Source: Nitrosopumilus sp. | GTDB taxonomy: Archaea > Thermoproteota > Nitrososphaeria > Nitrososphaerales > Nitrosopumilaceae | Assembly: GCA_965218695.1 (NCBI GenBank) | Contig: OZ244651.1 | Coordinates: 1,888,001 to 1,952,000 of the forward strand | Direction of reading: 5' to 3' | DNA length: 64,000 nucleotides | Part shown: one piece after another, positions 9,931-19,630 of the stretch | Layout: each line of letters opens with the position of its first letter | Position numbering within the stretch: the stretch's first letter is position 1 | Position numbers and translations under genes: made by a program | Notes under the pieces: generated by a model | Told to the model about the DNA's origin: nothing | The model's input: the letters and a program-made list of their open reading frames with translations, nothing else | Databases searched by the model: none

Positions 9931-10839
9931 ATGAAAGCGACGGCATTCTGTCCTGCCCACGTTACAGGATTCTTCAAGGTACATCTGGATGAGAAACACG
10001 TTATTACGGGATCCGTTGGAGCCGGATTCTCAATAAAGCACGGGGTTACGACCAGGGTAAGGGTGGAGCCCAGAAGGGATGGGGAGCCATACTTTAGGAT
10101 AACCACGAGCAAGTACAAGTCGGAGAACACGGATGTCTCCAAGTTTGTGTTAGATGAGTTTGTGGGGATGGGAAACTACTCTGACAAACTCTTTGATGTA
10201 AGACACGAGATAACCGTGCCGGTGGGATATGGCCTGGGATCAAGCGGCGCAGTCGCGCTGTCCACGGCGTACGCACTGGACAGGGCCCTCGGGACCGGAC
10301 TGGAACGGACCAAGATAGGGGAGATTGCCCACAATGCAGAGATCGCATGCAGGACCGGGCTCGGGGACGTCCTGGCATCATTCCATGGAGGATTTGAGAT
10401 CCGCCTCAGGCCGGGGGCACCGGGGACAGGCGCCGTTCAAAAGATACAGGCAGGCGGCATCAGAATAGTCATGGTATGCTTTTCACCCGTCTCAACCCGA
10501 GAGTTTATCAAGGAACGCCTCCCAAGGATCAACGGAATTGGTGGAATAATGGTGGACAGACTGCAAGAGTCACAGGACTTTGGAGACTTTCAGGACATGT
10601 CCCTTGAATTTGCAAGGCGTGTGGGTGTAATGACCCCCAGGATGCAGAACGTGGCTGACAGGCTCTCACAGATAGGCATAAAGTGCGGCGTTGCTCTGTT
10701 TGGCGAGACTGTCTTTTCAATGATACCAAGTAGTGATGATGATGAGGAGCGCATTCTTGAGGTTCTGCAAGAGTATCCCGAGGGAATCGTGATAAGATCG
10801 GAGCTGGATGACGGTGGAGCAAGAGTCGTTGGCAACTGA
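9931..10839 (+). CDS. Pantoate kinase (archaeal GHMP kinase)
   Basis: AFCPAHVTGFF, GSVGAG, PVGYGLGSSGA, AHNAEI..TGLGDV; first gene of the CoA cluster. Confidence 0.92.
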   Translation: MKATAFCPAHVTGFFKVHLDEKHVITGSVGAGFSIKHGVTTRVRVEPRRDGEPYFRITTSKYKSENTDVSKFVLDEFVGMGNYSDKLFDVRHEITVPVGYGLGSSGAVALSTAYALDRALGTGLERTKIGEIAHNAEIACRTGLGDVLASFHGGFEIRLRPGAPGTGAVQKIQAGGIRIVMVCFSPVSTREFIKERLPRINGIGGIMVDRLQESQDFGDFQDMSLEFARRVGVMTPRMQNVADRLSQIGIKCGVALFGETVFSMIPSSDDDEERILEVLQEYPEGIVIRSELDDGGARVVGN

Positions 10840-11596
10840 CCATGTGCCGGTGTCGCATCCAAGGGCCAAGTCCCTCCGGATCCGCAACAGGCTGGTAGAC
10901 GGATTCGATCAGGGACTGGTGGCCACGGAGGGGCTGCTGGCACACGGAAGGGGCGAGGCCTTTGACTACATACTTGGAGAGGAGACGAGTGGTTCTGCAA
11001 GGCTCGCCATCAGCGCGGCGGCTGCCCACATAATCATGGCCAGAAAGCCGGTAATCTCCGTAAACGGGAACGTTGCAGCATTGTGCCCCGGACACATAGT
11101 CAAGCTTGCAGGGCAGATAGGCGCCACGCTGGAAGTCAACCTGTTTTATGCCAGCGTCAGAAGAAAGGATGCAGTGGCAGCAGCCCTCAGGGAGAACGGG
11201 GCAGAAGAGGTCCTAGGGATGGATTTGGATGACTCTGGGGTACTGTCAGGGATAGATTCTGCAAGGAAGGTATCAGACAAGAGGGGAATACTGACAGCAG
11301 ACGTGGTAGTCGTTCCACTGGAGGACGGAGACAGGACTGCGGCGCTGGTCAAGGCAGGAAAGAAGGTCATCACCTTTGACCTTAACCCGCTATCAAGGAC
11401 GGCACAGACTGCAACCGTTACCATCGTGGACAACGTGATGCGGGCAATCAACCTGCTGACTGCAGAGTGCAGAAGGCTCCAGGCCGAGGACAGGACAGTC
11501 CTTGAGGAAATCATGTCAGGCTTTGACAACAAAGAGAACCTCAGGGAATCCGTGATACAGATAAGGGAAAACCTGGAAAGAATGGCAGATGCATAA
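10808..11596 (+). CDS. 4'-phosphopantoate--beta-alanine ligase (archaeal phosphopantothenate synthetase); true start may be TTG at 10829
   Basis: SHPRAKSL, GLLAHGRGEAFDY, SVNGNVAAL, VPLEDGDR, DLNPLSRT. Confidence 0.95.
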   Translation: MTVEQESLATDHVPVSHPRAKSLRIRNRLVDGFDQGLVATEGLLAHGRGEAFDYILGEETSGSARLAISAAAAHIIMARKPVISVNGNVAALCPGHIVKLAGQIGATLEVNLFYASVRRKDAVAAALRENGAEEVLGMDLDDSGVLSGIDSARKVSDKRGILTADVVVVPLEDGDRTAALVKAGKKVITFDLNPLSRTAQTATVTIVDNVMRAINLLTAECRRLQAEDRTVLEEIMSGFDNKENLRESVIQIRENLERMADA

Positions 11597-12437
11597 GACG
11601 GTACAGGACATAACAGGCAAGAAGGGCGGCGCCAAGATATCGGTCATTACAAGCTACGACTATGCCTTTGCGTCCCTGTGTGACAGGGCCGGAATCGACA
11701 TACTGCTGGTAGGGGACAGCGGCGGAATGGTGATGCTCGGATACGACAGCACCGTCCATGTAACCATGGAACAGATGTGCATGTTTACAGAGGGAGTCAG
11801 CAGGGCAAGAAAGGATTCGCTGCTGGTATCTGACATGCCGTTCATGTCATACCAGACAGGCGCACAGGATGCCATCAGGAACGCCGGAAGACTGGTAAAG
11901 GCAGGAGCCGATGCCGTAAAGCTCGAGGGCGGCGCTACCATTGTGGGAATAGTCAGAAGTATTACCGATGTGGGGATTCCGGTAATGGGCCACATCGGAC
12001 TGCAGCCGCAGACCAGCGTGCTCTCGCGGGGGTACAGGATGCAGGGGGAGACAAGCGAGGCGGCTGCAAGGATGGTCGAGGATGCCAAGGCAATCGAGGA
12101 GGCAGGCGCATTCTGCATAGTGGTGGAGAAGACAAGTCGCGAGGTGGCAGACATCATAACCAGTACCGTGGGCATACCCACCATAGGAATTGGCGCCGGG
12201 AACGGGTGCGACGGGCAGGTGCTGGTGCTCCAAGACATGCTGGGCATGTATGACAGGATGAGGCCCAAGTTCGTAAAGAGGTACATGAATCTTGCGCAGG
12301 ATGTTACTGCGGCACTAAAAGAGTACAAGGCCGATGTGGAGTCGGGAGCGTTTCCCGCAGAAGCCAACTGCTACCGAATGGATCCCGCCGAGGTACGGCG
12401 GCTTCCTGACCAGCTGCGTGAGAAATGCGATGTCTAG
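11589..12437 (+). CDS. panB: 3-methyl-2-oxobutanoate hydroxymethyltransferase
   Basis: TSYD, LVGDS, DMPFMSY, VKLEGG, GHIGLQPQ, IGIGAG..DGQVLV. Confidence 0.97.
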   Translation: MHKTVQDITGKKGGAKISVITSYDYAFASLCDRAGIDILLVGDSGGMVMLGYDSTVHVTMEQMCMFTEGVSRARKDSLLVSDMPFMSYQTGAQDAIRNAGRLVKAGADAVKLEGGATIVGIVRSITDVGIPVMGHIGLQPQTSVLSRGYRMQGETSEAAARMVEDAKAIEEAGAFCIVVEKTSREVADIITSTVGIPTIGIGAGNGCDGQVLVLQDMLGMYDRMRPKFVKRYMNLAQDVTAALKEYKADVESGAFPAEANCYRMDPAEVRRLPDQLREKCDV

Positions 12438-13698
12438 CAGTAGGGGGAAGGATCATCCTTCACTGGACATAGTCTCCTCGCACGGGACGGAACTTGCAGG
12501 CAGGAGGGTGGTGCTATGCGTGGCAGGAAGCGTGGCAGCATACAAGGCAATAGAGCTTGCAAGGCTCCTGATGAGGCACGGCGCCGATGTCACGTGTGCG
12601 GCAAGCAATGCTGCTACCAGACTGATACGGCCCGACTATCTGAAATGGGCCACGGGAAACAACGTGATAACAAAGCTGTCAGGCAGTCTGGAGCACATCA
12701 AACTGGCCGACTACGGACAGTCCGATCTGATAATAGTGTATCCGGCCACGGCAAACACGCTTGGCAGACTGGCAAACGGGATGGACGACACTCCGATATC
12801 CACCATACTGACTGTGGGGTTTGGCGCGGGGATTCCCATTCTGATGTGTCCTGCCATGCACAGTGCCATGTATGAGAATGCAGCAGTCAGGAGGAACATC
12901 GAGTTTCTAAGGAAGAGGATCCAGTTTGCAGAACCGGTCAGGGTCGAGGGAAAGGCAAAGGCCCCGGAGCCAGAAGATGTCCTGGCGCTGGTGATCGAGA
13001 GGTTTGGTGTATGTTCGCCCCTCAGGGACAAGAGGGTGTTGATGACTGCAGGTCCCACCATGGAATACATTGATCCTGTAAGGGTGATAACCAACCTCAG
13101 CTCGGGAAGGACGGGGACCCTTCTGGCCTCAGAGATGGTTCGTGCAGGCGCAAGGCTTACGCTGGTGTACGGCCCGGGACGATACGAGCCGCCTGACGGT
13201 GCCAAGGTAATTCGCACCACCACAGGGGGACAGATGCATGAGGCAGTCAGGAGGCTGCTCAAAAAAAGATTCGATGTGATAGTTATGGCCGCAGCAGTCT
13301 CTGACTATGTCCCGGAGGCTCCATACGAGGCAAAGATGGACAGCTCTGGTGGTGGTGGTGGTGGTGGTGGTGGTGGTGGTGAAGTGACAGTCAGGCTCAG
13401 GAGGGCCCCGAAGATAATCGATACCATCAGGCAGAGCCAGAAGGGTGCGCTGCTGGTAGGGTTCAAGGCAGAGGCAGACGTAACAAGAAAGAAACTTGTG
13501 GAGTCGGCCCGCAAAAAGATCACAGAGTCAGGTGCAGATGTCGTCATGGCAAACGACATCGGGGCAAGATACAAAAGGAATACCGATGTAAACGAGGTCC
13601 TTGCAGTCGACTCAGAGACGGTGGCCTCATCAGGCAGGAGGAGGAAGGAGGAGGTTGCAGTGTTTATCAGAAGAGAGATCGAGCGCAGGATAAGATGA
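12430..13698 (+). CDS. coaBC: Bifunctional phosphopantothenoylcysteine decarboxylase/synthase
   Basis: GSVAAYK, PATANT, PAMH, TAGPTMEYIDPVRVITNLSSG, AAAVSDY, GFKAE; ATG at 12430 overlaps panB stop. Confidence 0.96.
   Translation: MSSSRGKDHPSLDIVSSHGTELAGRRVVLCVAGSVAAYKAIELARLLMRHGADVTCAASNAATRLIRPDYLKWATGNNVITKLSGSLEHIKLADYGQSDLIIVYPATANTLGRLANGMDDTPISTILTVGFGAGIPILMCPAMHSAMYENAAVRRNIEFLRKRIQFAEPVRVEGKAKAPEPEDVLALVIERFGVCSPLRDKRVLMTAGPTMEYIDPVRVITNLSSGRTGTLLASEMVRAGARLTLVYGPGRYEPPDGAKVIRTTTGGQMHEAVRRLLKKRFDVIVMAAAVSDYVPEAPYEAKMDSSGGGGGGGGGGGEVTVRLRRAPKIIDTIRQSQKGALLVGFKAEADVTRKKLVESARKKITESGADVVMANDIGARYKRNTDVNEVLAVDSETVASSGRRRKEEVAVFIRREIERRIR
13348..13380 (+). repeat. (GGT)11 microsatellite encoding poly-Gly inside coaBC
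   Basis: 11 perfect in-frame GGT units. Confidence 0.97.
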
Positions 13699-13853
13699 AG
13701 AGGACGGAGATCAAGGGGATGCTTTCACGGTACGAGGCCATCAAACGCAGACACGAAAAGACGCCAGATGCCAGGCTTGCAGGGATCCTCAGGGACATAG
13801 AGCACAGGTATTATCACGAGACCGGGGAGCCCATAGGGCACCGGGAGGACTAG
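13695..13853 (+). CDS. Small hypothetical protein, 52 aa (MKRTEIKGMLSRYEAIKRRHEKTPDARLAGILRDIEHRYYHETGEPIGHRED), not in the ORF track
   Basis: ATGA overlap with coaBC stop; stop 2 nt before next ATG; exactly fills the gap. Confidence 0.75.
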   Translation: MKRTEIKGMLSRYEAIKRRHEKTPDARLAGILRDIEHRYYHETGEPIGHRED

Positions 13854-13855
13854 GC

Positions 13856-14680
13856 ATGGAGCCTGCAGAATTCAAGAGGCAGAACATGACAGTCTGGAAC
13901 GAGATGGCACCAAGGTATCACTCCAAGTGGGTAGGCGCAGACACCGGTCCGTTCCAGAGCACGGCGGAGCTGGTGGACATGGTCGGGGTAAGGGAGGGAA
14001 ACCGCGTCTTGGATGTTGCGTGCGGGACAGGGGCAGTCACCCGAAGGCTCGTAGAGAGGGTCGGGGGGGACGGATACGTGGTGGGGGCTGACATGTCAGT
14101 GTCTGCAATACGGATTGCAATGGCCCATAACAGAGAGCCCAACCTTCTGTTTGTCAACGCCGATGCAGAGAACCTCTCGTTTGGAGACAGGTTCGATGTC
14201 ATAACGTGCCAGTATGCGCTGTTCTTCTTTCCGGATGCATCACGCGCCCTGAAGAACATGAGGAGGAACCTTGAGGAGTCGGGGGTGTTGGGCATCTCGG
14301 TGCACGGGTGCAGGGTGCCATACTATACCAGCATCCTTGACGCGGTGACGGAGTTTATTCCCGACTATATCGCCCCCGGGACGCCGCGGCTTGACAGGTA
14401 CGGCACCGCAGAATCCCTCAGAGACGAGGTGGCGCAGGCCGGATTCTCAGGCGTGCGGGTGCGCGAGTTTGTCTTTACGTACAGCCCTGGAGATTTTGAA
14501 CGGTACTGGAGGATGTACCTAGAGTATGTCTCAAGGCCCGCCAGGGAGAAGATTGACTCGCTTGGAGTGGCGCAGACCGAGAGGCTCAAGGAGGCAGTAA
14601 GGGAGAATGCCAGGCAGTATGAGAGGAACGGAGTGATGGAGTTTCCCTGGCAAGTTTTAATTCTAACTGCCAGATACTAG
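13856..14680 (+). CDS. Class I SAM-dependent methyltransferase (UbiE-like)
   Basis: VLDVACGTG, GADMS, DAENL, FDVITC motifs. Confidence 0.9.
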   Translation: MEPAEFKRQNMTVWNEMAPRYHSKWVGADTGPFQSTAELVDMVGVREGNRVLDVACGTGAVTRRLVERVGGDGYVVGADMSVSAIRIAMAHNREPNLLFVNADAENLSFGDRFDVITCQYALFFFPDASRALKNMRRNLEESGVLGISVHGCRVPYYTSILDAVTEFIPDYIAPGTPRLDRYGTAESLRDEVAQAGFSGVRVREFVFTYSPGDFERYWRMYLEYVSRPAREKIDSLGVAQTERLKEAVRENARQYERNGVMEFPWQVLILTARY

Positions 14681-14690
14681 TCTCAGGGGA

Positions 14691-15200
14691 GTGAAGATGG
14701 CCAGGAAGAAAAAGGACGTTGCAGAGAAGAAGAAGAAAAAGTCCGACTTTGGCGCATTCCTCAAGAAGAGGGCCCCGATCTACCTGGGAATAACTGCGCT
14801 GTTTCTGGTGTTTGTGGTGCCGTCACTGACGGCAAAGAGCCTGGATGATACGTTTCCTGATCTCTCAGAAGAGGAGCAGGTGGTGGTGGATACGCTGATG
14901 GGGTATGACGGGGGTGACGGGACGGGACTGACGGTGATGGAGGCAATCGAGGAGAAGATCGACGACTTGTATCCGGAGGACGGCATATATGACGACAAGA
15001 GGACCACGGTGAGCCTTGCCATAAACAGGACTGTCGGTGACGATCTGCCCAACGACGAGGTGTACAGGGTGGTACTCGGCTTCGAGTCGTACAGGGGCCA
15101 GATGGAGTACAGATGGAATGTCGATGTGGTATCAGGCGGCATTACCCCAAACAATGCAGAGGCAAAGCACGTCACAGAGCTAGTCGAGTTTTACGACTAG
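14691..15200 (+). CDS. Single-TM hypothetical protein
   Basis: Lys-rich N-terminus, one TM helix, acidic extracellular domain. Confidence 0.8.
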   Translation: MKMARKKKDVAEKKKKKSDFGAFLKKRAPIYLGITALFLVFVVPSLTAKSLDDTFPDLSEEEQVVVDTLMGYDGGDGTGLTVMEAIEEKIDDLYPEDGIYDDKRTTVSLAINRTVGDDLPNDEVYRVVLGFESYRGQMEYRWNVDVVSGGITPNNAEAKHVTELVEFYD

Positions 15201-15210
15201 CCGCGCCGCA

Positions 15211-16278
15211 TCAGGCCACCAACAGGTCCTTGGTAAACTTGTGCATGACGGTAGGACGGTCGCCTGCTACCACCAGCGAGTCCTCTATGCGGATTCCAAA
15301 GGAATCCTCTATGTATATGCCCGGCTCCACGGTTATGGCCATGTTCTTTTTCAGCTCGGTCTGCACCCCCGCAGAGACTGCCGGAGGCTCGTGCACCTCA
15401 AGGCCTATCCCGTGCCCGGTGGAGTGGATAAAGTACTGGCCAAGGCCGCTCTCCCGGATGTACTGCCTGCAGGACTCGTCAACGTCGCCGCATGTGGCAC
15501 CTGGTCGGACGCTCTTCAGGCCGAGCCTCTGAGATTCCCGGACCACCTCGTATGCCTCGACTGCCCGGGGCCGGATCCCCCCTATCGCAAACGTCCTTGT
15601 CGCATCAGACACGTATCCCTTGTATCTCAAGGTGAGATCAACTACCACGAGATCGTGCCTTCGGAACCTCCTTGAGGTCACCTGCGCATGGGGCAGGGCG
15701 CCGTTGGGGCCGCCTGCGATTATCAGCGGGTTGAGCGTGGAGGAGTAGCCGGTATCAAACATCTGGCGCGAGCATGCATGGGCCATTATCGCCGCCTGCA
15801 GTTCGGACTCCTTCTGGCCGGCATGGATGGACTGGGCACACACCTCGAAGAGCTCGTCTATGATTCGGGAGGCCTTTTTGAGTATGGCAATCTCCCGGGT
15901 ATCCTTGATGATGCGTGAGTTGTAGAACGGCTGGACTGACTGCAAGATGGCCGGAATGCGGCCCTTCAGGGACATCATTGTGGAGTAGTCCCGGCAGTCG
16001 GTGCAGGGATGCTTGCCGCGAATCTGTCCGGCAAGCGAGGAGACTAGTCCTGATCCCCGTTCTGCCCGGACCACGTTGCAGTCACGGGACTCCTCCCGGG
16101 CCCTCCCCATCTCAAGCTCGGGTGCGACTATGGTGGTCGTTCCGTCAGACTCCAGCAGCCCCGCAGCCTCGCCCCAGAATCCGGTCATGTAAAAGAGGTT
16201 CTCAGGCTCGAAGGTTACCAGCGCGTCGCAGCCGATCTCTTCAGCATGTCCTAGGAGGTCCTGTCTGCGCCGGTCCAC
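15211..16278 (-). CDS. Xaa-Pro aminopeptidase (M24 family)
   Basis: NLFYMTGF, NGALPH, YVSDATRT, HSTGHGIGLEVHE, TVEPGIY..GIRIED. Confidence 0.95.
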   Translation of the reverse strand: MDRRRQDLLGHAEEIGCDALVTFEPENLFYMTGFWGEAAGLLESDGTTTIVAPELEMGRAREESRDCNVVRAERGSGLVSSLAGQIRGKHPCTDCRDYSTMMSLKGRIPAILQSVQPFYNSRIIKDTREIAILKKASRIIDELFEVCAQSIHAGQKESELQAAIMAHACSRQMFDTGYSSTLNPLIIAGGPNGALPHAQVTSRRFRRHDLVVVDLTLRYKGYVSDATRTFAIGGIRPRAVEAYEVVRESQRLGLKSVRPGATCGDVDESCRQYIRESGLGQYFIHSTGHGIGLEVHEPPAVSAGVQTELKKNMAITVEPGIYIEDSFGIRIEDSLVVAGDRPTVMHKFTKDLLVA

Positions 16279-16336
16279 GCAGATGGGGGGGCAGGTCTCA
16301 ATTTATGTATATATAGATCTGATCCGGAATAGTGTG

Positions 16337-17350
16337 ATGGAAAAGAAGAAGAAGAAAGTTGTGGCACTGCTCTCCGGCGGCCTGGACAGCCAGCTTGCAG
16401 TGAGGATGATGCAAAAGCAGGGCTTTGAGGTGTCTGCAGTGGCAATCAAGACCCCCTTTTGCGACTTTGACTGCGGCAGGGGCTGCGGGTTTGAGATAAG
16501 GGAGAGGGCAGAGGATCTCAACGTGAATTTGAAGACGGTCTACCTTGGAGACGAGTATATCGAGATGCTAAAGAGCCCAAAGCACGGAAGGGGCGCAGGG
16601 TTCAACCCGTGTATCGACTGCCGCGCCATGATGTTCAAGGCTGCAAAGAAGCACATGGAGGATATCGGCGCCGAGTTTGTCATATCAGGCGAGGTGTTGG
16701 GACAGCGCCCCATGAGCCAGCACGGGCCGGCCCTGAGAACCATCGAAAAGGAGTCCGAACTGGCGGGAAAGATAGTGCGGCCGCTCTCTGCAGGGCTGTT
16801 GCCCAAGACTGACCCCGAAAGGGACGGGCTGATAAGGAGAGAGGACATGGGGTTGATCAGGGGCAGGACCAGAAGGAACCAGCTGCAGATGGCAAAAGAG
16901 TACGGGATAGAGGATCCGCCCAATGCCGGCGGGGGGTGCCTGCTGACTGAGCCGCAGTTCGGGGTGAAGGCCAGGGATCTCTTCGGGCACACGGAGACCC
17001 CCACCATAAATGACATCGACCTGCTGAAGGTGGGCAGGCACTTTAGGCTAGATGAGGAGACAAAGTTCGTGGTGGGAAGGAACAAGGACGAAAACGAGAT
17101 GATTGCGGCAATAGCGCTGCCAGGGGACATACTGCTTGAGGCACAAGACCACGTAGGGCCGGTCTCGATTCTGCGCGGGAAGAATGCAGCGTCCCATGTG
17201 GAGTTTGCAGCATCGGTGACCCTCAGATACTCTGATGCGCCAAAAGACGAGACGGGAACCGTCTTGGTAAGGGAGGAGGACGGGAAGAAGACCAGAAACA
17301 TTGGCTCAGCATGCGCAAAAGAGTCCGATTACATCGGGTTTAGACTATAG
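16337..17350 (+). CDS. PP-loop tRNA thiouridylase-like protein (ThiI/MnmA-like, DUF814-associated)
   Basis: SGGLDS PP-loop, NPCIDCR, GEVLGQRPMSQ, AGGGCLLT, GRHFR. Confidence 0.88.
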   Translation: MEKKKKKVVALLSGGLDSQLAVRMMQKQGFEVSAVAIKTPFCDFDCGRGCGFEIRERAEDLNVNLKTVYLGDEYIEMLKSPKHGRGAGFNPCIDCRAMMFKAAKKHMEDIGAEFVISGEVLGQRPMSQHGPALRTIEKESELAGKIVRPLSAGLLPKTDPERDGLIRREDMGLIRGRTRRNQLQMAKEYGIEDPPNAGGGCLLTEPQFGVKARDLFGHTETPTINDIDLLKVGRHFRLDEETKFVVGRNKDENEMIAAIALPGDILLEAQDHVGPVSILRGKNAASHVEFAASVTLRYSDAPKDETGTVLVREEDGKKTRNIGSACAKESDYIGFRL

Positions 17351-17412
17351 GCGCAGAAAAATCCCGGGCTCATGGAAGAGTTTTTGAGGAAGTAGATCGC
17401 AGTTTAGCCAGA

Positions 17413-17691
17413 ATGCAGAAGCAGGAGAGTCCCACGTACCTCAAGGCGATAACAATCAAGGACGTCAGTGACATGCATTCCATACGGGAGGACATCAAAA
17501 AGGAGATGATTCTGATTCTGAGGGTGACTCCCCTTGCACAAAAGGATGTCGGGCAGCTGCGCAAGCTGGTCGAGGAGGTGTACGCAGTCGCAAAGGCCTC
17601 CGATGCAGACATTGCAAGGCTTGGCGAGGAGAGAATCATTGTGACTCCCCCGAACATAAAGATCTGGAAGCCCGAGTACGACTTAAAATAG
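17413..17691 (+). CDS. sepF: Archaeal SepF-like protein (DUF552)
   Basis: Small alpha/beta protein ending DIARLGEERIIVTPPNIKIW. Confidence 0.8.
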   Translation: MQKQESPTYLKAITIKDVSDMHSIREDIKKEMILILRVTPLAQKDVGQLRKLVEEVYAVAKASDADIARLGEERIIVTPPNIKIWKPEYDLK

Positions 17692-19623
17692 CTTGATTGC
17701 TTCCTGTACCTGCGGATAGTGAGAGGTGAGCCTGTACATCCGTCTTATGCTGGTGGCAAGGTTCTCTGACTTTTTGCGCTCACCGTGGTTGACCAAGACG
17801 CGGCGGAGCTTGGGCCTGAGCCTCTGGACAAACGACATGAGCTGGTTGTAGTCGCTGTGCCCGCTGAAGCCGTCGAGTTTTTCGACACTGCAGCTGATGG
17901 TGACTGCCTCAACCTTGCCTGCCTTGCCCAGCATGGTAACCTGTCTGGAACCGTCAAGGACCCGGCGCCCCATGGTGCCATTAACCTGATAGGAGACGAA
18001 GAGAATCTTGCTCTTTTTGTCAGGGGTAATGTTCTTAAAGTATTCCAGGACGGGGCCGCCCTCAAGCATGCCCGAGGTAGCAAGGATGATGCACGGGGAG
18101 TTCTCCCTCATGGGCTCCTCCCTGGCATCTGCGTGTTCGATGTTGGTAAAGTACTCCGAGTCAAACGGGTTGTCGTCTGTCTCCAGAATCTTCTGCCGGA
18201 GCTCCTTGGCAAGGTACTCCGGATAGGACTCGTGGATTGCAGAGGCCTCAGATATCATTCCCTCGGTGAATACGGATGCCTCGATCATCTGGCCGGACTT
18301 CATGTAGTGGTCTATTACCATCATGATCTCTTGGGCCCTGCCTACCGCCGGGATTGGTATCAGGACCTTGCCGCCGTCTGCAAGGGTGTTGTTTACCGTG
18401 TTTATGAAGGCAGACTCTACCTCCTGCCTGCTTGGCTGTATGTCCTCCTTGAGGCCGTACGTGCTTTCAATGAGAAGCGTCTCCACCCGGGGGAAGTTCC
18501 AGCTGGCAGCCTCAAACAGGATGCTCTTGCCAAACTTAATGTCGCCAGAGTATACAAAGTTGTGGTCGCCATTACCGATATGGAAGTGGCACAGCGCAGA
18601 GCCCAGTATGTGGCCGGCGTTTGCAAGAACCAGCTTGATGTCAGGGGATATGTCAGTGACGGTATTGTAGGGTAGCGTGATGGCCTGCCTCATGATCTGC
18701 TTTACGTCCCTCTCCGAGTAGATCGGGGTCCTGCCCTGCGCGGCTGCCACCTTTATGGCATCCAGCTGGATGAGGTTCATCATGGGGAGCGTGGGCTCCG
18801 TGCAGTATATGGGGCCCTTGTATCCGTACTTGGAGAGGACGGGGAGGAACCCCGTGTGGTCCAAGTGTGCATGGCCGATGACCACGGCGTCAAGCTCGTC
18901 CAAGGTCAGATGGAGGGAGTCAAGTCTCGGGAATGTGTCCATCGGGGAGCGCGCGCCGGGGTTTATTCCGCAGTCGATCAGAATCTTGCTCTCCGGGGTG
19001 GACAGGAGCAGCGAGGATCTTCCCACCTGGCCGAATCCACCAAGTGTGTACAGGGAGACTTCTGTCCTCTGCGAGAGCCTAGGCCTGAATATCTCGTCGC
19101 CTATCTGCTTGAGCTGCTTGCTTCTCTCAGAGGAGGCCTGCTTCAGGGTCGCGTTGATGGTCTGGATGGTGCGCGAGGGTATGGTTGTGGCCTTTCGGAT
19201 GCGCAGCCTCCAGCCTGTCTTTTCAGTTATCAGGACATGGTCAAACTCCTTTGCGTTTCTCTGCAGCAGCCAGGGTCTCTTTGCCTCGACGGAGACCTCG
19301 CCTGTGGTGGTGTCAAAGATGGCTCCCTGCAGGTTTGCCTCCTTGGGAACGGATTCGGATATTGTGTGCCAGGCCTCGTCCTCTGATTTTCTGATGGACT
19401 CGTCGGTTCTTATCACGATCCTCTTCTTTATGACGTTTACAAGGTTTGATATCTTCTCGCCATTCTCCATGAGGTAGCGGGGGGAGTTTGTGTAGAGGGC
19501 GATTCTAGGGCCCTCGTACTCTATTTTTGTAATTTTTGCCTCTTTTGGAATACTTGTCAGTATGGTAGCCATGATGTTTTGGCTAGTAGGAGCTGGTTCT
19601 CTCGGGTGGTTTTTTCTTTGCAT
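17683..19623 (-). CDS. Beta-CASP ribonuclease aCPSF1 (FttA transcription termination factor)
   Basis: N-terminal KH domains (IEYEGP), LGGFGQVGRS, HAHLDH, NAGHILGS, ESTYG, FSGHSD, NHGE; adjacent to psmB. Confidence 0.96.
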   Translation of the reverse strand: MQRKNHPREPAPTSQNIMATILTSIPKEAKITKIEYEGPRIALYTNSPRYLMENGEKISNLVNVIKKRIVIRTDESIRKSEDEAWHTISESVPKEANLQGAIFDTTTGEVSVEAKRPWLLQRNAKEFDHVLITEKTGWRLRIRKATTIPSRTIQTINATLKQASSERSKQLKQIGDEIFRPRLSQRTEVSLYTLGGFGQVGRSSLLLSTPESKILIDCGINPGARSPMDTFPRLDSLHLTLDELDAVVIGHAHLDHTGFLPVLSKYGYKGPIYCTEPTLPMMNLIQLDAIKVAAAQGRTPIYSERDVKQIMRQAITLPYNTVTDISPDIKLVLANAGHILGSALCHFHIGNGDHNFVYSGDIKFGKSILFEAASWNFPRVETLLIESTYGLKEDIQPSRQEVESAFINTVNNTLADGGKVLIPIPAVGRAQEIMMVIDHYMKSGQMIEASVFTEGMISEASAIHESYPEYLAKELRQKILETDDNPFDSEYFTNIEHADAREEPMRENSPCIILATSGMLEGGPVLEYFKNITPDKKSKILFVSYQVNGTMGRRVLDGSRQVTMLGKAGKVEAVTISCSVEKLDGFSGHSDYNQLMSFVQRLRPKLRRVLVNHGERKKSENLATSIRRMYRLTSHYPQVQEAIKLF

Positions 19624-19630
19624 TGAATCA

